Shown: in pieces, positions 59,507 through 64,000 of the stretch
How the letters are laid out: every line of letters starts with the position of its first letter
Position numbering within the stretch: the stretch's first letter is position 1
Assembly (NCBI GenBank): GCA_964606285.1
Contig: CAZSFP010000001.1
Location: 5,376 to 69,375, forward strand
Length of the DNA stretch: 64,000 bases
Source: an uncultured Candidatus Saccharibacteria bacterium
GTDB lineage: Bacteria > Patescibacteriota > Minisyncoccia > Phycocordibacterales > UBA9973
Direction of reading: 5' to 3'
Notes under the pieces: model-generated
What the model saw: only the letters and a program-made list of their open reading frames with translations
Told to the model about the DNA's origin: nothing
The model's database searches: none
Position numbers and translations under genes: made by a program

Positions 59507-60865
59507 ATGATGAAAGAAGCTATGCAAATTATTGCAAACGCTTCGCAGGTAAGCATCGATCATTTGGAGGAAGTTTTTCTGAATCCAACATATCGTGTGT
59601 TTACTATCCCAAAACGCTCTGGTGGCAAGCGACTTATTCATGCCCCCATTGGAATAACAAAAGATGTTCAAAATGCTTTGTATTACAATTTTCTGAAGAA
59701 AATTTCTACTGGACCAAATATTTCCTCACATTGTTTTGGTATACCAAAACGTTCATGGAAAGATAATGTGAATCAACACCTATCTCCGGTTCCTTCGTAT
59801 GTTGTCGATATTGATCTGAAAGATGCATTTCATTGTGTAGATACAACAAGTCTTGAAAAAGCACTTGCCAATGTATTTTTTCATGAAGTGTGTTTATATA
59901 AAGATCGATACGTCACATTTATACGAAGTGCGAAGAATTTGGAACGCATTCAGAAAAAGGAGAATAAAAATGAAGATGATGTACTTGCTTCAGCCTTTCA
60001 GTATTCAGCCGATTTCATCTCAAAAGATGCTCGGTTTCAAGAATGGCTCGATGATCAAAGATTTAGTCTCGATGTCTCTGAGACGAAACCTAGAAAGAGA
60101 CCTCTTTTGTTTCCAAATAAATTAGTGCGAGATTTTAGAAAACAGGTGCGTACAGGTGATGCATCGACACGGGTACATGAACTTTGTGAATGTATAGCAT
60201 TAATTTTGGCAAAAGTTTTAACGTATGAAGGTCGTTTAGTCCAAGGATGTCCAACATCGCCAATTCTTATGGCGCTTGTGGTATCACATACTCAGTTACT
60301 CCATAAGTTTAGAGATTTTGAACCAGATAATATTTCAATATATGTTGATGGGATAACTTTTGGGGCATATGGATCAAATAAAACGATTGTTTCAGAAAAA
60401 TTGCGTGCCATCATTGGAAAAATTGAGGCAGACTCTATTTGGAAATTTAATATGGAAAAAATCCACGTGTATGACACAAATAAAGAGCAACCACTTGTTA
60501 CGGGTTTACGTTTAATTCGAAACAGAAAAACTCGTGAAGAACTAAAGATTATGATTCTTAATAAAGTTAAGTATGCGCGCAAACATTTGAAAGCATGGAT
60601 ACCATGGTATTATTTCCGGACGACCATTCCAAAGAAAACGCAAAAGAAAATCCGTGCAATATTACATCACGCATGTCTTGATGTAAGAGGGGGATCACAA
60701 AATCCTCATATTCAGCAAGTTGCAAAAGGGTATATTGGCTATGTGTTTTATGTGTATGAACAATATAATAGTATTCCATCACAACTAAAAAAAGCATTAC
60801 ATTCATATGAAGAAGTTGTGGACGGAAATGTATTTGTTTCTATGTATAACAAAGAACCTGTTTAA
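59507..60865 (+). CDS. Retron-type reverse transcriptase with YVDG motif
   Basis: YRVFTIPKRSGGKRLIHAP, NVNQH (region X-like), DIDLKDAF, LVQGCPTSP, YVDGITF, N.EK, VTGL; ATG at 59507/59510 (ORF opens at TTG 59492). Confidence 0.92.
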   Translation: MMKEAMQIIANASQVSIDHLEEVFLNPTYRVFTIPKRSGGKRLIHAPIGITKDVQNALYYNFLKKISTGPNISSHCFGIPKRSWKDNVNQHLSPVPSYVVDIDLKDAFHCVDTTSLEKALANVFFHEVCLYKDRYVTFIRSAKNLERIQKKENKNEDDVLASAFQYSADFISKDARFQEWLDDQRFSLDVSETKPRKRPLLFPNKLVRDFRKQVRTGDASTRVHELCECIALILAKVLTYEGRLVQGCPTSPILMALVVSHTQLLHKFRDFEPDNISIYVDGITFGAYGSNKTIVSEKLRAIIGKIEADSIWKFNMEKIHVYDTNKEQPLVTGLRLIRNRKTREELKIMILNKVKYARKHLKAWIPWYYFRTTIPKKTQKKIRAILHHACLDVRGGSQNPHIQQVAKGYIGYVFYVYEQYNSIPSQLKKALHSYEEVVDGNVFVSMYNKEPV

Positions 60866-60878
60866 AAACAGGTTCTTT
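60851..60878 (+). terminator. Intrinsic terminator overlapping the RT stop codon
   Basis: AAAGAACCTGTTT-AA-AAACAGGTTCTTT followed by T-rich sequence. Confidence 0.85.
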
Positions 60879-61006
60879 TATTTTTCATCCTCGAGTAGAA
60901 AACCACAGATTTCCCTTTGTTTCCCCTAGGAGTATGCTATACTGTGAGGGTCTTATCAGATAATTACATTATGTTTTGCACGTATGTGTAAGACGACACC
61001 ATATAT

Positions 61007-61267
61007 ATGGCAGTAAAAAAAGTGAATTCCGCATTTATGAAACCAATGACAATCAGCGCCGAATTGGCGGCAGTTGTCGGAAAAGGTCCGATGCCTCGAT
61101 CAGAAGTTGTCAAAGCTCTCTGGGTTTATATTAAAAAGAACAACCTCCAAGATCCAAAGAACAAGCGAAACATCGTTGCCGATGAATCTCTCAAGAAAGT
61201 ATTCGGTGGCAAGGCAGTTGTTTCTATGTTTGAAATGACAAAACTCGTTTCAAAACACCTTTCATAA
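61007..61267 (+). CDS. SWIB/MDM2 domain protein
   Basis: S.ELAAVVG..PRSEVVKALWVYIKKNNLQDPKNKR.I..D..L..VFG..MFEMTK. Confidence 0.95.
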   Translation: MAVKKVNSAFMKPMTISAELAAVVGKGPMPRSEVVKALWVYIKKNNLQDPKNKRNIVADESLKKVFGGKAVVSMFEMTKLVSKHLS

Positions 61268-61328
61268 TAAACTGTGAAAATAAAAAAATCCCCGATGGCG
61301 CGGGGATTTTTTGTTGTATGAAATTGTA

Positions 61329-61760
61329 TTACCACCAGATCCAGATAGGGAATAAAACACCGATCCCGAAGTTTTTTCCAAGATTGATACCTCCACCGAT
61401 TGCAAGGCATCCGAATCCTCCAAAGCAACCTCCGGCAGTAAGATAAAATGGCCCAAAACTAACTTCTGGTCCTATATATAACGCAACGTGATGATACCAA
61501 CTTGTTGTTTTTTCTGCTGCTTTTTGAGTCTGTTGAGCGATGAGTAAAGTTGTTGATGTTATAAAAAGTATAATGGTTGTAAGAACCCGCTGTGTCCATG
61601 TAGGGGTTTCTGAAAAATTATCACCAAGATCTATATCTGCATCTGCAATACCGTCTCCGACATTGCTTGCAATATTACCTGCTGTTTCACCATCTGTATC
61701 TCCTTGTCCTAATACAGGACCCAGGTCTATAACAAGACCAAGTGCTAATCCAAATTCCAT
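61329..61760 (-). CDS. Gly-rich hydrophobic hypothetical protein
   Basis: 143-aa ORF with central hydrophobic helix and Gly/aromatic-rich C-terminus. Confidence 0.6.
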   Translation of the reverse strand: MEFGLALGLVIDLGPVLGQGDTDGETAGNIASNVGDGIADADIDLGDNFSETPTWTQRVLTTIILFITSTTLLIAQQTQKAAEKTTSWYHHVALYIGPEVSFGPFYLTAGGCFGGFGCLAIGGGINLGKNFGIGVLFPIWIWW

Positions 61761-61898
61761 TTTGTATGTGTTTTAAGGTTTGAATTTATAATACCATATA
61801 TTTAAAAATTAGCAAATATTATTCTTCTTATCTATTTATGTCTAAGTTTTCCACCACAAATATACAAGTAAAGATACATTCTGCGCTATACTTGAGGC

Positions 61899-63029
61899 AT
61901 GGGATTTTCTCTTGGAGGTAAAAAAGAAACAGTGCTCGTCCTCGATATCGGATCGGGTTCAGTTGGTGGTGCGGTAGTACAGATGGATAAAAACCGCAAA
62001 GCAAAAACAAAAATACTTTTTTCAACGCGGGCAGACATGCTCTATCAACAGCATGGAGACAGGGAACATGCACATGATTCGATGATTCGTGCACTTGAAC
62101 GCGTCGTCTCAGCACTTGGTGAAGTATCTGTTGGTCGTGTCGACAAAGTCGCATGTTTTCTCGCGGCACCATGGCATGTCAGTCAGTCTCGAACAAGCAC
62201 GATGGAACGCACAGTTTCATTTACTTTTTCCAAACGTTTCGCCGGTGCGATCATTGATCGTGAGACGCTGGCATTCCAAGACGCGATGCATGATGCATAT
62301 CGACAACACGGTGATATTGTACGCGTCTTTGAAAAACGATTGACCGATGTCACATTGGACGGCACTTCCTCTCTCTCGCCATTTGGTAGCAAGGCACGTT
62401 CAGTTGTCCTCTCTCTGTTTATTGCAGGGGCTCCGGAGCACCTGTTACATCGGATCGAATATACGATCAATCGGAGTTTTCGCGCACCGGTCATATTCAA
62501 TACATTTGTCAGTGCAGCATATATGGCAGTCCGATCTGCGTTGCCCACATATGAAGATTTTTTCATTGTAAATGTTGGGGGTAGTATGACAGATATTGGT
62601 ACTAGTAAAAAAAGTATTTTGTATACAACAGCAACCATCCCACTCGGTATGCATGCGATTGTTAGATCTGTCGCTGAAAAATCAGGCGTGACGTTGCATG
62701 AAGCAGAATCACTCATCAGTTTGACCCACAAAAAAGTTCTGACAAAAAAATATACTGAACATGTACTCCGGGTGATGAAAGATGCGGGTGGTGCTTGGTC
62801 CCGTGGTTTCAAGAAGTATTTTTCTCATTCAGGCAGTCCAAATATCGTCATTCTCTTTTCTGATAACAAAAGCGTACCTGCGCTTGTGCCGGTATTGGAA
62901 CAAAGTGTCACCCTCGGAACAACCATCATACCGTTTACTGCCGAATATCTCGTACGCCTTGTTGAAACACCACTTGATCATACTGATATTTTTCTCTCGG
63001 TCGAAGCAGCAATTCTTCCTTTTATATAA
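61899..63029 (+). CDS. FtsA/PilM-like actin-fold protein
   Basis: LVLDIGSGSVG, VNVGGSMTD, IPLG..I...A..EAES. Confidence 0.8.
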   Translation: MGFSLGGKKETVLVLDIGSGSVGGAVVQMDKNRKAKTKILFSTRADMLYQQHGDREHAHDSMIRALERVVSALGEVSVGRVDKVACFLAAPWHVSQSRTSTMERTVSFTFSKRFAGAIIDRETLAFQDAMHDAYRQHGDIVRVFEKRLTDVTLDGTSSLSPFGSKARSVVLSLFIAGAPEHLLHRIEYTINRSFRAPVIFNTFVSAAYMAVRSALPTYEDFFIVNVGGSMTDIGTSKKSILYTTATIPLGMHAIVRSVAEKSGVTLHEAESLISLTHKKVLTKKYTEHVLRVMKDAGGAWSRGFKKYFSHSGSPNIVILFSDNKSVPALVPVLEQSVTLGTTIIPFTAEYLVRLVETPLDHTDIFLSVEAAILPFI

Positions 63030-63031
63030 TT

Positions 63032-64000
63032 ATGCGCCGGATTATAGATATACAAAAAAAACACAATGATCGGGATCTGCTCAATCAGGCGCCGTTTCCG
63101 CTGCATATGCCTGAACCGATCGACACAAGACGACACATTGCTCGTGGTGTGTGGATTATCGCATCCTGCGTGTTTCTCGTGTGTGTCTACGCCATTTGGT
63201 CATACTTTGCGCATGCAACCGTGACGCTCACGCCGCATGTTCGAGAAGCCATGATTGCCGAAACTATTTTTGCCAATAAAAATAAAACGACAGATTTGTC
63301 ATTTGATACGATCACGTTGTCGAGTAGTGTGGATATGGCTGTGCCATCAACGACACAAAGTGAAAAGAACTCCTATGCGACAGGAACGATTGCACTTTTC
63401 AATACTGGTTCATCGAGTGTCCGCATTCCCAAGGGAACTATCATCAAAAACGGCAGTCATGAATATAAGACAACCACAGCGGTTACCATTGCGAAACAAT
63501 CAAAAAACGTTCCTGGATCAGCGACTGTTGAGATCAAGGCGACAAAATCTGGTCAAGAACACAATGTCGCCACTGCCGACTTTACTGTTCCATCGCTTGG
63601 TGTTCGTGTCTACGGACGAACAAAAGAACCGATTGATGGTGGATATGCCGGTACTTTGTATAGTGCAGATGAAGTGGTAATGGCCGATGTTGTCGTTAAA
63701 ATGCAGGAAGATTTAAAAACAAAATTATTTGCTCAGGCATTGGCACAGATTCCCGATACGGTTATTTTATACCCAGATCTCACAGTGTTTTCATTTGACG
63801 CACCGCTCACAAATGCAGCAACGGCAGATATCCACGTAACGATTACTGGAAGTCTTCATGGATTTCTTCTTTACAAAAAAGAACTGACATCCGTGCTCAC
63901 GCACATCATTGATCCGAATTATGATGACAGTGTTCCAGTTTCCATACCAGATCTCGCCCTTCTTCGTCCAAAGCCATCACTACCGTCTGATATACCTCCG
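63032..64000 (+). CDS. Membrane-anchored baseplate-J-like protein (runs past the window end; absent from the ORF track)
   Basis: Frame from ATG 63032 reads MRRIIDIQ..TM..HATVTLTP..ATGTIALFN..IPKGT..PGS.TV.I.A...G..GG; follows the FtsA-like gene. Confidence 0.65.
   Translation, partial: MRRIIDIQKKHNDRDLLNQAPFPLHMPEPIDTRRHIARGVWIIASCVFLVCVYAIWSYFAHATVTLTPHVREAMIAETIFANKNKTTDLSFDTITLSSSVDMAVPSTTQSEKNSYATGTIALFNTGSSSVRIPKGTIIKNGSHEYKTTTAVTIAKQSKNVPGSATVEIKATKSGQEHNVATADFTVPSLGVRVYGRTKEPIDGGYAGTLYSADEVVMADVVVKMQEDLKTKLFAQALAQIPDTVILYPDLTVFSFDAPLTNAATADIHVTITGSLHGFLLYKKELTSVLTHIIDPNYDDSVPVSIPDLALLRPKPSLPSDIPP

Noticed and set aside
59492-60865. Group II intron, DGR or CRISPR-associated RT
   Set aside because: No intron domain V/VI, no TR/VR repeat pair or avd gene and no cas1 were seen; QG.PTSP and VTG motifs fit the retron-like clade.

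Overview
A 64-kb chromosomal segment that looks like a Patescibacteria/CPR (Parcubacteria-like) bacterium. This is inferred from short IF-2, ValRS and AlaRS proteins, an FtsA/PilM-like plus baseplate-J-like gene pair, a SWIB protein and palindromic micro-repeats. The backbone is housekeeping: tgt, uvrB, msrA, rbfA, infB, a cysteine desulfurase, clpB, rpmG, miaA, parB, leuS, murJ, lepA, valS, tsaD, cysS, rplU, recR, dnaB, trpS, alaS and 11 tRNA genes. It is interleaved with about 20 AT-rich single-gene inserts, most with their own promoter and terminator. Main results: (1) a stand-alone ~530-nt transcription unit (1174-1707) made of 23S rRNA domain I only, with its own promoter, a 10-bp end-closing helix, a terminator and helices that still pair despite divergence; a secreted vWA gene and a second, more derived 23S-like RNA follow, and both RNAs end in a near-identical terminator. 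(2) A solo retron-like reverse transcriptase with YVDG instead of YxDD and two insertions, preceded by a ~175-nt multi-hairpin ncRNA (59279-60878). (3) A ~110-bp TIR element inserted twice exactly at ATGAA start codons. (4) Partial tRNA copies and palindromic inserts beside most tRNA genes. All calls come from reading the sequence and recalled family motifs; no database search was run.
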